From positions 1-57,892 of the IMG/VR virus record IMGVR_UViG_3300048793_000013: 57,892 nucleotides of DNA, one strand, 5' to 3'. The notes under the pieces were generated by a model that worked only from the letters and a program-made list of their open reading frames with translations, was not told the origin of the DNA and ran no database searches. Positions 1 to 8,999 of the stretch are shown here, one piece after another. Every line of letters begins with the position of its first letter. Position 1 is the first letter of the stretch. Source of the stretch: a virus (lineage: Duplodnaviria; Caudoviricetes). A program made the translations under genes and the position numbers.

Positions 1-88
1 TGTACTTGGTCGCCCATAGCGGTAGCGGCTCGGCCTGAGTGCCACGGCTGACTGCCTTCTCCGCTGCCTTCGTTAGGGCTTCACCCAT
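1..88 (-). CDS. 5' part of a hypothetical protein running off the left edge
   Basis: ATG at 88, open frame MGEALTKAAEKAVSRG... to the window edge; TTGACA upstream on the minus strand. Confidence 0.45.
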   Translation of the reverse strand, partial: MGEALTKAAEKAVSRGTQAEPLPLWATKY

Positions 89-210
89 AGCTGAGTTACC
101 CGGCCGTGGTGTTATTGTGTCAATGGTGCGAGCGCCCCTATCATGCCACCGCTTGGCGGCTTGGAAGGTTCCTAGCCGGCGGACATCGCATAGACGGTTG
201 AGCCAATCGT

Positions 211-486
211 TCATTTACGGTGCTCAAATTCGAACGGCTCGACTTTGCCCGTTTCCATGTTGAACGTATCAAAACTAATGCCAAGCCACCCGCATAGAGC
301 AGCGGGGATAGGGCCGTCGAAAATTCCAGCATGATCCGGGATGAAATCCTTTTCGCACTTGGCGCACCACAAGTGGCCCTTGTATTCGGACCATTGAGTG
401 TCGTGGTTACCGCAAGAGCATGGCGCAATCTCGTATGTTGACGGCGGTTGCAGATAGTGCCATGTCCGCTTTTCCAATTCAGCCAT
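211..486 (-). CDS. hypothetical Zn-ribbon protein
   Basis: CSCG...CAKC motifs; likely start MAELEK directly after the upstream stop. Confidence 0.6.
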   Translation of the reverse strand: MAELEKRTWHYLQPPSTYEIAPCSCGNHDTQWSEYKGHLWCAKCEKDFIPDHAGIFDGPIPAALCGWLGISFDTFNMETGKVEPFEFEHRK

Positions 487-487
487 G

Positions 488-1015
488 TCAAAACGTCCCT
501 TCGTCAACTTGAGCGCACGGGATACCAGCGTCACGCCAAAACTTAACCGATTGATCCCGGTTGTCCCACACCATGATAGGCTGCCACCCGTCCGCGCGCA
601 TGACTTGCAGGATATCCCGTTTCACTTCGAATTCCGTCCGGTGGTCACCATCGGCGCGCATGTAGAGCTTGTGCACGACCGTATAGAGCCCGTGCTCAAT
701 CAGCCATCTGTTTGTGGCCTCCCGCGTATGCTCAGGGCGGCCGGTGCACAACACGATAGGCGTACCGAGCCCCAGCGTCATCGCTACCTGGATGATATGC
801 GAAATCGGTGCGTCCTTGTCCGTGCCGGCGTGGAACGCATCCCAGTCCTTTGGCTGCTTCTGGATATGGTGCAGGCGGTGAGTCGCGTCAGCCAAAGTTC
901 CGTCTATGTCAAACACATACGCCCGCATTTCATTCCCCACAGCCACACTTTTTGCATTTGTCACTGTCATGATACCACTCCCTCCCTCAGTTACGGCGCT
1001 ATGCCGCAGTCCCAA
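488..1015 (-). CDS. HAD-family phosphatase (polynucleotide kinase 3'-phosphatase-like domain)
   Basis: DIDGTLAD, CTGR, MRADGDHR and WDNR motifs as in the T4 PNK phosphatase domain; exact start uncertain. Confidence 0.85.
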   Translation of the reverse strand: MGLRHSAVTEGGSGIMTVTNAKSVAVGNEMRAYVFDIDGTLADATHRLHHIQKQPKDWDAFHAGTDKDAPISHIIQVAMTLGLGTPIVLCTGRPEHTREATNRWLIEHGLYTVVHKLYMRADGDHRTEFEVKRDILQVMRADGWQPIMVWDNRDQSVKFWRDAGIPCAQVDEGTF

Positions 1016-1284
1016 TCGTATGTGTCAGGCCCGCCCTCACCAGCCTTGGCTTCCGTTACCAACGCCTCATAGCCATCATCGGCGAGTATGCGCACCATCT
1101 GATCGATAACCCACATTTTGTGGTGAGCGCCGTCGCAACTGCCAAACTCCAGCGCAAGAGCGAGTGCGTATTTGATCTTCTCTGCGTCAGTCATAAAAAC
1201 ATGTACCCCACAATAAGCATGATCGCCGCGCCTGCCAGAGCAGCAATCACATAGATTGCCAGAACTGGTTTCGACCATTCCCAC
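991..1284 (-). CDS. hypothetical phage protein
   Basis: DGAHHKMWVIDQMVR...WDCGIAP; likely start at 1194. Confidence 0.65.
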   Translation of the reverse strand: MGMVETSSGNLCDCCSGRRGDHAYCGVHVFMTDAEKIKYALALALEFGSCDGAHHKMWVIDQMVRILADDGYEALVTEAKAGEGGPDTYDWDCGIAP

Positions 1285-1303
1285 ATGGCGAGAAGATGTT
1301 TAG

Positions 1304-1513
1304 TCATGTTTTCACCCCCGTCACCTTTCTCATCTCACATTGGAAATTGTCACGGTACTCCCATGGCGTCGCCGTTGCTTTGCCCTCAGCAATCAGTTCG
1401 TCAATCCACTGCCGCTCGGATGGATGGCACCATTCCTCTTGCGTCAGTGTTCGACCGCGCGCAAATCCTGAGACCATTTCCTCTCGGGACATTTTTAACT
1501 CACCGTGAGCCAT
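1304..1513 (-). CDS. hypothetical protein
   Basis: tightly packed in the operon, GAGGGG RBS. Confidence 0.6.
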   Translation of the reverse strand: MAHGELKMSREEMVSGFARGRTLTQEEWCHPSERQWIDELIAEGKATATPWEYRDNFQCEMRKVTGVKT

Positions 1514-1514
1514 A

Positions 1515-1898
1515 TTACTTCCCCTCAGTTGTTGCTATGCCGAGTGCTACCTTGGCACCGTGTCGGCGATCCCATTCCTCTTTCGGAATTCCCCTGATAG
1601 GCCACCCAGCCGGGCTATTCATGTCGCAGCCAATATCATAGGCCACGCACCGCCGCTGATCTTCCCTCGATAGCGTTGGAAACCTATCCTCGACAACCGT
1701 AGGAAACACCTTGAAATCATCCGGCATGATCGCCGTCGTCTTGCATTTCCGATTCTGGCAAATGTACCACCGGCTATAGTAGAACGGCTTAGCCAACTCA
1801 ATCTCAGTTATCTCGACATGCTCCTTGATTTGCGTTGGATTTTCACAACGATGACACGGAGGCCCATCGACTGAAACTACCCTTGAATTTGCCATCAC
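1515..1898 (-). CDS. hypothetical Zn-binding protein
   Basis: CHRC and CQNRKC motifs; overlaps the ssb stop. Confidence 0.6.
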   Translation of the reverse strand: MMANSRVVSVDGPPCHRCENPTQIKEHVEITEIELAKPFYYSRWYICQNRKCKTTAIMPDDFKVFPTVVEDRFPTLSREDQRRCVAYDIGCDMNSPAGWPIRGIPKEEWDRRHGAKVALGIATTEGK

Positions 1899-2191
1899 GC
1901 CACCTCTGACACGGCGTCAGCGACGCGGATCACTTGCGGGATAATCTGGACATCCGGCTTGCCCTTGTAGGCCACCTGGACCACCGACCCCTCGACATAG
2001 ACATCATCGCCCTTGTGGAAGCCAACCAGCTTTGCCGTGTCATCCCCGAAGGTGCAAATCCGTATCCACGTCCTGACGTTTCGGATGTGAATTTCGAGGC
2101 TTATCGAACAATACGGCTTCCCATTTTTCCCCGTTTTCACTTCCGGATCGTTGGTAACCGTTCCCACCACTTTTGCATCGAACATTTGCAT
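1895..2191 (-). CDS. ssb: single-stranded DNA-binding protein (short OB fold)
   Basis: GTVTNDPEVKT...WIRICTFG...KGDDVYVEG pattern; no acidic C-terminal tail. Confidence 0.8.
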   Translation of the reverse strand: MQMFDAKVVGTVTNDPEVKTGKNGKPYCSISLEIHIRNVRTWIRICTFGDDTAKLVGFHKGDDVYVEGSVVQVAYKGKPDVQIIPQVIRVADAVSEVA

Positions 2192-2595
2192 TTCCCCATT
2201 TTGCTACCGTTGCGGGCGACCCATTCGCCTTTCTTACTATCTTAATTATCTCTTCCAACTTTCCCTTGTCCTTCGTCTCCAATTCTCAGGTGCTTGTGGT
2301 TCCTATCTTTCCCCAGCCGAGGTGAGGATTGGTTTACTCCACGGTAACCCAATCCCCGTCTGTGTTTGGGGGTTCTACGGTTTTAGCTTGGGTAGTGCTG
2401 CTCTCTCCATTAAGAGAACACGCACCCACGCGAGACAGATCGGTGTTGCTGACGACAGAGATTGCATGAGACATAGGGGAGCCTTCCTGCCGAAGGTGTA
2501 TTTTCGGCTTCCAACGAACGGTTAATTGCCCTGTCCGTGCACAGACAGGTAGCGGTCGATCCGGGTGTTTTTGGCGGGGAGGGATCAGCGGAGGG

Positions 2596-2630
2596 TTGAC
2601 AAGGGCAAACCCATGAGGCATATATGCCTC
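2596..2630 (+). promoter_or_regulatory. sigma70-like promoter with a palindromic operator over the -10 box
   Basis: TTGACA(2596)-17 bp-CATATA(2619); perfect palindrome GAGGCATATATGCCTC at 2615-2630. Confidence 0.55.
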
Positions 2631-2673
2631 GTCGCGCTGGTCCGGTCGCTGCCAAGCTTAAACACGGATCAGA

Positions 2674-2709
2674 GAATCGCCCCTAGATGCACCGCATCGG
2701 GGGCGATTC
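2674..2709. terminator. GC-rich stem-loop
   Basis: GAATCGCCCC...GATGC-ACC-GCATC...GGGGCGATTC. Confidence 0.55.
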
Positions 2710-2748
2710 GATTTCTAGCCTATGAATTTTCGTTTGGCAAGCCCCCAT

Positions 2749-3159
2749 TTACTCGGAAGCGCCAACAGGCTTGAAAAAATCCGTAATAGGACGGGGGCCA
2801 TAGGTTTTCAAAAGCCAAGCCGCATGCTTTTTACGACCACAGGGGTTGCAACAGGCATCAGGGCTCGCCTTTTTGATATGTGCCGTTCTGCGCGTTTCGT
2901 ACAAACCACAAACGCACCTCACTACCCATGTCGCCCCGTTGCTGCCGTCGCCGCGCTTGCTGTCGTGCAGGCCAATGACAGTAAGGCGGCCGTATGAGAA
3001 GCCGGTTAGGTCACTGAATCCAGGGTCCGGCGGTCCCTTTTTCAGTGGCGGAATAGTGTTCCAATGCTCAGGCTCATCATCGCAGCCGGGTTGAGAAGTC
3101 ACCTGTGCCGCTGTTTTGTCGAGCGGAGTGCTGGCAAGAATACGGTCAAATACACTCAT
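2749..3159 (-). CDS. hypothetical protein with an endonuclease-associated Zn/DNA-binding module
   Basis: DLTGFSYGRLTVIG...WVVRCVCG module; no catalytic HNH seen. Confidence 0.65.
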   Translation of the reverse strand: MSVFDRILASTPLDKTAAQVTSQPGCDDEPEHWNTIPPLKKGPPDPGFSDLTGFSYGRLTVIGLHDSKRGDGSNGATWVVRCVCGLYETRRTAHIKKASPDACCNPCGRKKHAAWLLKTYGPRPITDFFKPVGASE

Positions 3160-3179
3160 GGCAGATCACCTTTTAGTGG

Positions 3180-3208
3180 AGCACCTCACCTTTGCGGGGT
3201 GAGGTGCT
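3180..3208. terminator. intergenic hairpin
   Basis: AGCACCTCACC / GGTGAGGTGCT 11-bp stem. Confidence 0.5.
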
Positions 3209-3223
3209 AACAACTTGGGATGA

Positions 3224-4027
3224 TTAGATTTTACCAAACAGCGCGCCGCAGTCCGTCTTGTCTGCCACCTCGGCCACGATCTGCTTAAACACCGCCTGTC
3301 TGACGTGCTCGGCACGGTGCAACTGCACGCCAAGCTCCAAGCCGCCCTTGTCCGCGTCAATCTTCCACCGCAGGAACGCCCTGACTTCGGTGTCCGATTC
3401 GCCGAAGTACACCGGAATGTTCAACACGAACTGTGTCGGTATCTCAACGCCGCCCTTGGTGTTGGCCTTGGTTTCGTCGCTGTACTCGAAATTCTCGTTC
3501 TCGGACGACGTGCGGACGGCCTTGATGAAGCTGACCTTGCGGTGAGCCTGGAGGTCGCGGATGGATTCCAGCAGATCAGCGGCCTCGGGAGCCGTGATAT
3601 CGGCCGCGTTTTCCTCGATAAACCGGGCGAACTCCAATTGCGGAAGCAACCGGCCGGATATCTTGGTCCACAACTGCCATTCCTCGGAGTAGGGGAGGTG
3701 CAGGGCCGCCCGGTGAGCTACATTGGCGGCGGCCCCGGCCGTATGGTAATCGATCGCCGCGCAGATCGCATTGGCGCCGATGTCGGCGAACAGGATGGTG
3801 TCTTTCTTGAACCAGTTGACATAGCCGATCAGCGATTCGGAGGTCTGCAACGTCACCACTTGGCTGATGTAGGCTGGAAGGCCAAGTTTCAGGCCGTATT
3901 CATCCGAGATTTCCTTTTGAGAGTATCCCTCCGGGACAACCAGGAAGTGGCGCCCAGTGCCAGGATCGATGATGATTTCCGCCTTCTTGGCGGCAAGCTT
4001 GGCGATGGCTTCGGCTTCGGTAGTCAT
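3224..4027 (-). CDS. DUF2303 / YfdQ-family phage protein
   Basis: AAIDYH, SEEWQLW, QLEFARFIEEN and IPVYFG motifs; paired with the upstream YfdP-like gene. Confidence 0.85.
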   Translation of the reverse strand: MTTEAEAIAKLAAKKAEIIIDPGTGRHFLVVPEGYSQKEISDEYGLKLGLPAYISQVVTLQTSESLIGYVNWFKKDTILFADIGANAICAAIDYHTAGAAANVAHRAALHLPYSEEWQLWTKISGRLLPQLEFARFIEENAADITAPEAADLLESIRDLQAHRKVSFIKAVRTSSENENFEYSDETKANTKGGVEIPTQFVLNIPVYFGESDTEVRAFLRWKIDADKGGLELGVQLHRAEHVRQAVFKQIVAEVADKTDCGALFGKI

Positions 4028-4052
4028 GTGTTTCCCCTATGGATTGAGTTGG

Positions 4053-4403
4053 TTACGCGGTTTCTCTGCCGGCGATGGCGAGCGGCATTTCCTCTTGCCG
4101 AGGATCGATGCGGGTGAGATTGCCGTCCTCGTCGGAGAAGAAGATCGCCGGCTGGATATCGCTGTGTGGCATTTTGCTGGTGATAGCAGCAATAAGGGAC
4201 TTCTCTGCCGAGCCATCCTTGGATGGCTTTACCGTCAGTGTGATTGTGACGGAGCCCGGCTTGTTGGTTTCATCCACGGCCCGGACAACTGCGGCCAGGG
4301 CGGCAGTGGCCTCGGTTACCGGCGTGCCCTTGCGGATATCACGTAGAATGTCGGTGAAAAGTCTGCTCATGTTGGTCTCCATTCCTCGATTGTCACCCTG
4401 CAC
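4053..4403 (-). CDS. YfdP-like phage protein
   Basis: AVDETNKPGSVTITLTVKP...IFFSDEDGNLTRIDPRQ; usual DUF2303 partner; likely start 4370. Confidence 0.75.
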   Translation of the reverse strand: MQGDNRGMETNMSRLFTDILRDIRKGTPVTEATAALAAVVRAVDETNKPGSVTITLTVKPSKDGSAEKSLIAAITSKMPHSDIQPAIFFSDEDGNLTRIDPRQEEMPLAIAGRETA

Positions 4404-4705
4404 CGTCCCTTTGTGGTGCCGGTTTTCTCAGCTATGATCCGTTTGCAGTGTCGGTCGTCATCGGTGATTTTGTGCTTGACGAGCAAATCCAATAAGCCTT
4501 TGGCACAGGCATCGGCGTCTACTCGGGTGCTTTCGTAAAGCTCCAATAGCACGGTATAAGGCCCGTGGATAGGGTGTTTTTGTGCCCCTTGCAACAAAAG
4601 TTCCCAGCCGGCATCTTTTATCCACGCCTTGTATTTTGGGCTGATGATCCGGCCCTTGAGGTAGAGGCGGTTGACGCCGACAGGCTCTTTTAGGTCGAGA
4701 ATCAT
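4367..4705 (-). CDS. rusA: RusA-family Holliday junction resolvase
   Basis: PVGVNRLY, DADACAKGLLDLL and ITDDD catalytic pattern. Confidence 0.8.
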   Translation of the reverse strand: MILDLKEPVGVNRLYLKGRIISPKYKAWIKDAGWELLLQGAQKHPIHGPYTVLLELYESTRVDADACAKGLLDLLVKHKITDDDRHCKRIIAEKTGTTKGRCRVTIEEWRPT

Positions 4706-4899
4706 TTACGAAGACGATCGACTACGGCTAGTATCTTGGCTCTTTCGTCAAAATGAGCCGACCGGAGAGCGATGAGGACATGATAAGCCAAATTTCTCGT
4801 GCCTTGGCCACCGAGAAGATGGTTACTTGCCCGCCCCATTGCTTCCGCTGCGACTGTTATTTCTTCGTCAGACACAAGCGGGCATCCGAACTTCGCCAT
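4702..4899 (-). CDS. hypothetical protein
   Basis: ATGA overlap with rusA. Confidence 0.55.
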   Translation of the reverse strand: MAKFGCPLVSDEEITVAAEAMGRASNHLLGGQGTRNLAYHVLIALRSAHFDERAKILAVVDRLRK

Positions 4900-4909
4900 T
4901 TTACGCCCC

Positions 4910-5416
4910 TCAATTCACCACCGCCCGCTTGTCCCGACGCCCTGGCGGATTGAAGCACATCCTGGAATGAAACCCGCAGTAGGGAAGCCCCTTCGCTGGC
5001 CGCGCACCGCAGAAATAGAAGTCGGCGGTACCTACATCCCCTATCGGATACCGGCAGGTACTGTCCGTCAACTCAAACAGGGTACAGCGTTGTGCGGTGG
5101 GAATCTCAATCTCGATTACCTCTGGTTCCTGTACTTGTTCCGGTTGCATGGGTGGCCCCTCTATAGATTTGCGATTGGCCGCACGCTTGATACCGTTCAA
5201 AATCTGACGCTGGTCGTGGGGAATCCTCTTCGGGCGGCGGCGGCGCTTGCCTTTGGCTGGGGCTTTAGCACGTGGTACCAACTTAAGCCTGTGAGCCCTA
5301 CCGATTACCGCATTGCGGGAAATGCCCCCAAGCTCAAGGGCGATAAGCGAGGTCGTCAAGCCTTCGGCCCATAGCTTCTTGAGGATTTCGGTCCTGGATT
5401 CGGTCCATACTGCCAT
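4910..5416 (-). CDS. gcrA: GcrA-family cell-cycle regulator
   Basis: WTESRTEILKKLWAEG...ISRNAVIGRAHRL N-terminus; CRYPIGD...FCG...PYCGFH C-terminus. Confidence 0.93.
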   Translation of the reverse strand: MAVWTESRTEILKKLWAEGLTTSLIALELGGISRNAVIGRAHRLKLVPRAKAPAKGKRRRRPKRIPHDQRQILNGIKRAANRKSIEGPPMQPEQVQEPEVIEIEIPTAQRCTLFELTDSTCRYPIGDVGTADFYFCGARPAKGLPYCGFHSRMCFNPPGRRDKRAVVN

Positions 5417-5743
5417 TTATTTTGATGCCTTAGCGAGGTTGCTCAGGAATTCAGCCATGCCACCACCACCCAGACCAAACGCCTTCGTGATAGCATCGGA
5501 ACCGATTACAGCCTTGGCCGCCGCAATTCCTTCCGGTGTGTTGTCGAAAGTGGCGATCGGCACCGGGCCATCTGGAAATGCGGCATTGTATGCCTTATCT
5601 GCCTCACTTTCGCAGTAAAGACAGCCTTTTCCGTGGCACCATCGACAGTCACGGTATATCTTACGGGCATCATCATACCTGACTTGCATTAAAGCCTCCC
5701 AAGGCGACGCACATGGCGCGAACCCATTGCTCTGGCGTGGCAT
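5417..5743 (-). CDS. hypothetical protein (CxxCxGxGCxxC)
   Basis: abuts gcrA; CRWCHGKGCLYC motif. Confidence 0.55.
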   Translation of the reverse strand: MPRQSNGFAPCASPWEALMQVRYDDARKIYRDCRWCHGKGCLYCESEADKAYNAAFPDGPVPIATFDNTPEGIAAAKAVIGSDAITKAFGLGGGGMAEFLSNLAKASK

Positions 5744-6155
5744 CCGCAGCCATCGTCGGAACGACAGCGGCTAGGACAGGTGCCATTTTATGTGCTGCCG
5801 ACATTACGGTGGTGTGATCCCGGCCGCCGAACTTACGGCCAAGATCGGTAAACGAACGCCGTGTTAGGTGACGAGCAACAGCCATTGCAACGTGCCGTGG
5901 TGTCGTCAGCCGCATTTGCCGCCGCTTGCCGAGAAGCTCATCCCGGCTGATGTCGTAATAACGACAGGACGCCGAAATGATGTCGTGGATTCTGGTTAGC
6001 TGCCGGGGAAGTTCGATAGGATGGATTGTTTCGGGATCGATAACAATCCGGTGGATAACTTTCGGAGGCGGCGGCGAATTTGTGAGCCGCGCTCGGATAT
6101 CCCGATAGGCCGCTAGATTGTCGTGCACGCTGGCGTACTCTCGAATCTCAAGCAT
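5673..6155 (-). CDS. DnaA C-terminal (domain IV) HTH protein
   Basis: [34 protein letters not shown] DnaA signature. Confidence 0.85.
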   Translation of the reverse strand: [160 protein letters not shown]

Positions 6156-6178
6156 AGAAATCCCCTCCTATGCGGGTG

Positions 6179-6208
6179 AAAAAAAAGGGACGGGCATTTG
6201 CGCCCGCC
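6179..6208 (-). terminator. intrinsic terminator after the cro-like gene
   Basis: minus strand CGGGC-GCAAAT-GCCCG followed by a T run. Confidence 0.6.
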
Positions 6209-6244
6209 AAGTTGCCGCCGACTGTCCAATCGGCGGAGGGAGGC

Positions 6245-6496
6245 TCAGCCGACGCGTTTCGGGCGCCGTATTGGGTATCCATCGTCATCGCGCGGCCATT
6301 TGGCACCAACCGGCCAACGGTCGCTCATCCATTGCATGGCGTAGTCGAAGCTGTCGCACCGAATATCCTTGCCCTTCAAGATCATGGCAAACTTCTTGTT
6401 ATCTTTGAATATTTCGTGCGCCAAGGCTTGCATTGAAATCCTGGCCGCGACGCTATAGGCGTTGGCAACAACTAGGAGTTGATCTTTGGTTCTCAT
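6245..6496 (-). CDS. Cro-like HTH regulator, probably leaderless
   Basis: MRTKDQLLVVANAY...ALAHEIF...WMSDRWP-GAKWP resembles alphaproteobacterial phage Cro-like proteins; ATG is 6 nt after the -10 box. Confidence 0.7.
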   Translation of the reverse strand: MRTKDQLLVVANAYSVAARISMQALAHEIFKDNKKFAMILKGKDIRCDSFDYAMQWMSDRWPVGAKWPRDDDGYPIRRPKRVG

Positions 6497-6502
6497 TGGG
6501 GG

Positions 6503-6531
6503 AGGATACAGAGACGAATTGCAGAGATCAA
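6503..6531 (-). promoter_or_regulatory. leftward promoter
   Basis: TTGATC-17 bp-TATCCT on the minus strand. Confidence 0.6.
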
Positions 6532-6537
6532 GACAAA

Positions 6538-6552
6538 TTAACCGCAAATTAA
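6538..6552. promoter_or_regulatory. CtrA-type binding site
   Basis: exact TTAA-CCGCAAA-TTAA (TTAA-N7-TTAA) between divergent promoters. Confidence 0.6.
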
Positions 6553-6581
6553 ATTTGTTGGGAGATGGCGAATTTTGGGAA

Positions 6582-6610
6582 TTGACTGCCACCACATTAC
6601 GGGATAAACG
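6582..6610 (+). promoter_or_regulatory. rightward promoter
   Basis: TTGACT-17 bp-TAAACG upstream of a GAGGGGAG RBS. Confidence 0.5.
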
Positions 6611-6634
6611 TCGTTTCACATGAGGGGAGTACAA

Positions 6635-7426
6635 ATGCCTGATTTTGAATTTCACCCGCTAGCCGAACTCTTTCCGCTTATCGAGGGGGCCGAGTTTGCA
6701 GCCCTGGTCGTCTCCATCAAGGAGAGCGGCCAGCGCGAGGCCATCGTGACCTTGACCAACAAAATTCTGGACGGCCGGAACCGCTACCGAGCGTGTCTAG
6801 AGGCCGGTGTGATGCCGATCACCATGCCATACACTGGGGCTGATCCGGTCAAGTTCGTCCTCGATATGAATTTGCGGCGCCGGCACCTCAATGAGAGCCA
6901 GCGCGCCATGATTGCGGCGGCTCTTTGCACATTGGCTCCTGGCCAACGTGCTGATTATGCTAGCAAAGCTGCTGCTGTCGATATTACGACAGCAGCCATA
7001 TCAGCAACTGCGGCGGCGGCCATGCTCAATGTCAGCCGCGATATAGTCGTTAATGCCAAGCGCATTCTCAATAGTGGAACGCCGGAAGAAATAGCTGGCG
7101 TGAAAGAAGGAAAATTAGCCGCAGGGCCAACAGCCGATAAAGTCAGAGCGCGAGTGCCGAGAAAGCCCGGAACCATACAAGAGGAAAGAACCGAGATAGG
7201 ACGGCAGCACGCGCAAATCTATCAACAGGCGCGGGACGCAATGGACGCCTTGAGCGGATTGCCGCATCCGGCCGATGTTGCGCGGCTGATCCGGACCAAG
7301 CCGCAATACGTGAAGCGGATCGGCCCAAAAATCCCCATGGCCTTGAAGTGGGTCGTCGAGTTTTCTGAGGCGTGGAATAGGGAGACTTCAAATGCACGGA
7401 ATGACGGTGATTCAAATGGCAAGTAA
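6635..7426 (+). CDS. ParB/Srx-like N-terminal domain protein
   Basis: HPLAELFP, ILDGRNRYRAC, NLRRRHLNESQRA, then an HTH. Confidence 0.8.
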   Translation: MPDFEFHPLAELFPLIEGAEFAALVVSIKESGQREAIVTLTNKILDGRNRYRACLEAGVMPITMPYTGADPVKFVLDMNLRRRHLNESQRAMIAAALCTLAPGQRADYASKAAAVDITTAAISATAAAAMLNVSRDIVVNAKRILNSGTPEEIAGVKEGKLAAGPTADKVRARVPRKPGTIQEERTEIGRQHAQIYQQARDAMDALSGLPHPADVARLIRTKPQYVKRIGPKIPMALKWVVEFSEAWNRETSNARNDGDSNGK

Positions 7427-8267
7427 GAAACACAAGCTTGAGATTATCACTGTAACGCCGGACATGGCGGCCAAGTTGCTTGAACTCAACAACTTGAACC
7501 GGCCGCTGTCTCAGGCTCACGTCGCCCGCATTTCCCGTCAAATCACGGATGGAAAATGGGTGTTCAACGGCGATACCATCAAGATCGCCGAGAATGAGGA
7601 TGTCCTTGATGGGCAGCATCGCTTGTGGGCCGTGGTGGAAAGCCAAACCGCGATTGAAACCATTATCGTGTACGGCGTAGTGCGGGAGGCGTTTGCGACG
7701 ATCGATACCCTCCGAAAGCCGCGCTCCGGTTCGGATACGCTTGCCATCAATGGCATGATGCGCTACCGACAGCACGCATCGTCAGCACTGCAATGGATGA
7801 TCCGCTATCAGCGGAAGGTCTTGACGGAGTACAAATCACCTGGAAACAAGGTTGAGAACTCCGATATCGAGGAAGCCTTTAAGAACCATCCGCAGATCGC
7901 CCAGGCCGTGGAGCGTTCGGCCCAGCTTCGCAGTCTGGCCAATCCTGGTATCATGGGATTTTTCTACTACATCCTCATGAACCAAAATTCCGAACTGGCC
8001 GATACCATGATGAAGACGCTCGAAGACCCGACTGGCACGGCTGTGTCCGATCCGTTCTATCAGTTGCGCGCGTATTTCACGGCCGATCATCACCGAGCCA
8101 AGAATCCGGTGACGACGATCGCGCTCTGCATCAAGGCGGCGAATGCCTCCTACCAGAACCAGAAGATACAGCGGTTGAACTGGCGCAATATCGGGAAGGC
8201 GGCTGAGGAATTCCCGGTATTGAATGTGTCCAGCATGGCACGAGCACCGAAGAAGAAGGTGTCATGA
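7416..8267 (+). CDS. ParB-like (DGQHR) domain protein
   Basis: NRPLSQAHV...GDTIKI...LDGQHRLWAVV. Confidence 0.75.
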   Translation: MASKKHKLEIITVTPDMAAKLLELNNLNRPLSQAHVARISRQITDGKWVFNGDTIKIAENEDVLDGQHRLWAVVESQTAIETIIVYGVVREAFATIDTLRKPRSGSDTLAINGMMRYRQHASSALQWMIRYQRKVLTEYKSPGNKVENSDIEEAFKNHPQIAQAVERSAQLRSLANPGIMGFFYYILMNQNSELADTMMKTLEDPTGTAVSDPFYQLRAYFTADHHRAKNPVTTIALCIKAANASYQNQKIQRLNWRNIGKAAEEFPVLNVSSMARAPKKKVS

Positions 8268-8503
8268 TGAACGACTCGCAACGGATCGAATATCTGGAAA
8301 CGTGCCTTTTGGAGACAGCAAAATGTATTGCTCAAGGTGTTGCCGGAAAAATTCACGCCATTAAGGCGTATCGTACAGCCACCGGAATGTCTCTCTTAGA
8401 GAGCAAGAATTGGGTCGAAAGTTTTGAGTCGAATTCGACTGATCGCTTTCATGCTATCGAAATACGTCTCACTGCGCTTGAGCGGTGGAGAGCGCAACCA
8501 TGA
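8264..8503 (+). CDS. ribosomal L7/L12 C-terminal-like domain protein
   Basis: KIHAIKAYRTATGMSLLESKNWVE motif. Confidence 0.65.
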   Translation: MMNDSQRIEYLETCLLETAKCIAQGVAGKIHAIKAYRTATGMSLLESKNWVESFESNSTDRFHAIEIRLTALERWRAQP

Positions 8504-8691
8504 TTCGCGAGAAGCCGACGCAAGCGATTCGAGGTGTAGCGGCGCTCTCCGAAATGCTGGACCACATCGGCGGTGTTCAAGAGAACGGCGATAGCGTCAC
8601 AGATAGCATGGTGGCAAAGGTGCTAACCGAAAACGAGTTGGAATTGCGCGAGTTGGTGCGCTACGCGCTCAACAGTCTCGCCAACGATTGA
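8500..8691 (+). CDS. hypothetical protein
   Basis: ATGA coupling and GGAG RBS. Confidence 0.55.
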   Translation: MIREKPTQAIRGVAALSEMLDHIGGVQENGDSVTDSMVAKVLTENELELRELVRYALNSLAND

Positions 8692-8705
8692 GGGGATCAA
8701 CAGTC

Positions 8706-8999
8706 ATGAGCGACGAGAAAATCATCATAACGCCGAACGAGGCCGAAGGCTTATTGCCAGCCGGCGACACCGTTCACAATTTCGTCAACCCTGGCGTCAA
8801 TTTGCTGATCGGTGCTGACTACGACAGAGCCGACGCCATCAAGGCGTTCAAGAACGCGAAACGAATTGAGATCGGCGGCGAGCAATGCCGGAACATGAAG
8901 CATCCGATTGTCGTATTGGGTGACGACGGTCGGTACTCATTCTTTGAGGCGGATATGGCAAAAGTCGATGCGTTCGAAGCGGCGAGGGTGGTGGTATGA
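8706..8999 (+). CDS. hypothetical protein
   Basis: GAGGGG RBS; coupled to the next gene. Confidence 0.6.
   Translation: MSDEKIIITPNEAEGLLPAGDTVHNFVNPGVNLLIGADYDRADAIKAFKNAKRIEIGGEQCRNMKHPIVVLGDDGRYSFFEADMAKVDAFEAARVVV

Noticed and set aside
2040-2282. 80-aa gene upstream of ssb
   Set aside because: Overlaps ssb by about 150 nt, TTG start with a weak RBS, no motifs; cannot be supported
3305-4117. 270-aa plus-strand ORF
   Set aside because: Antisense shadow of DUF2303 in GC-rich DNA
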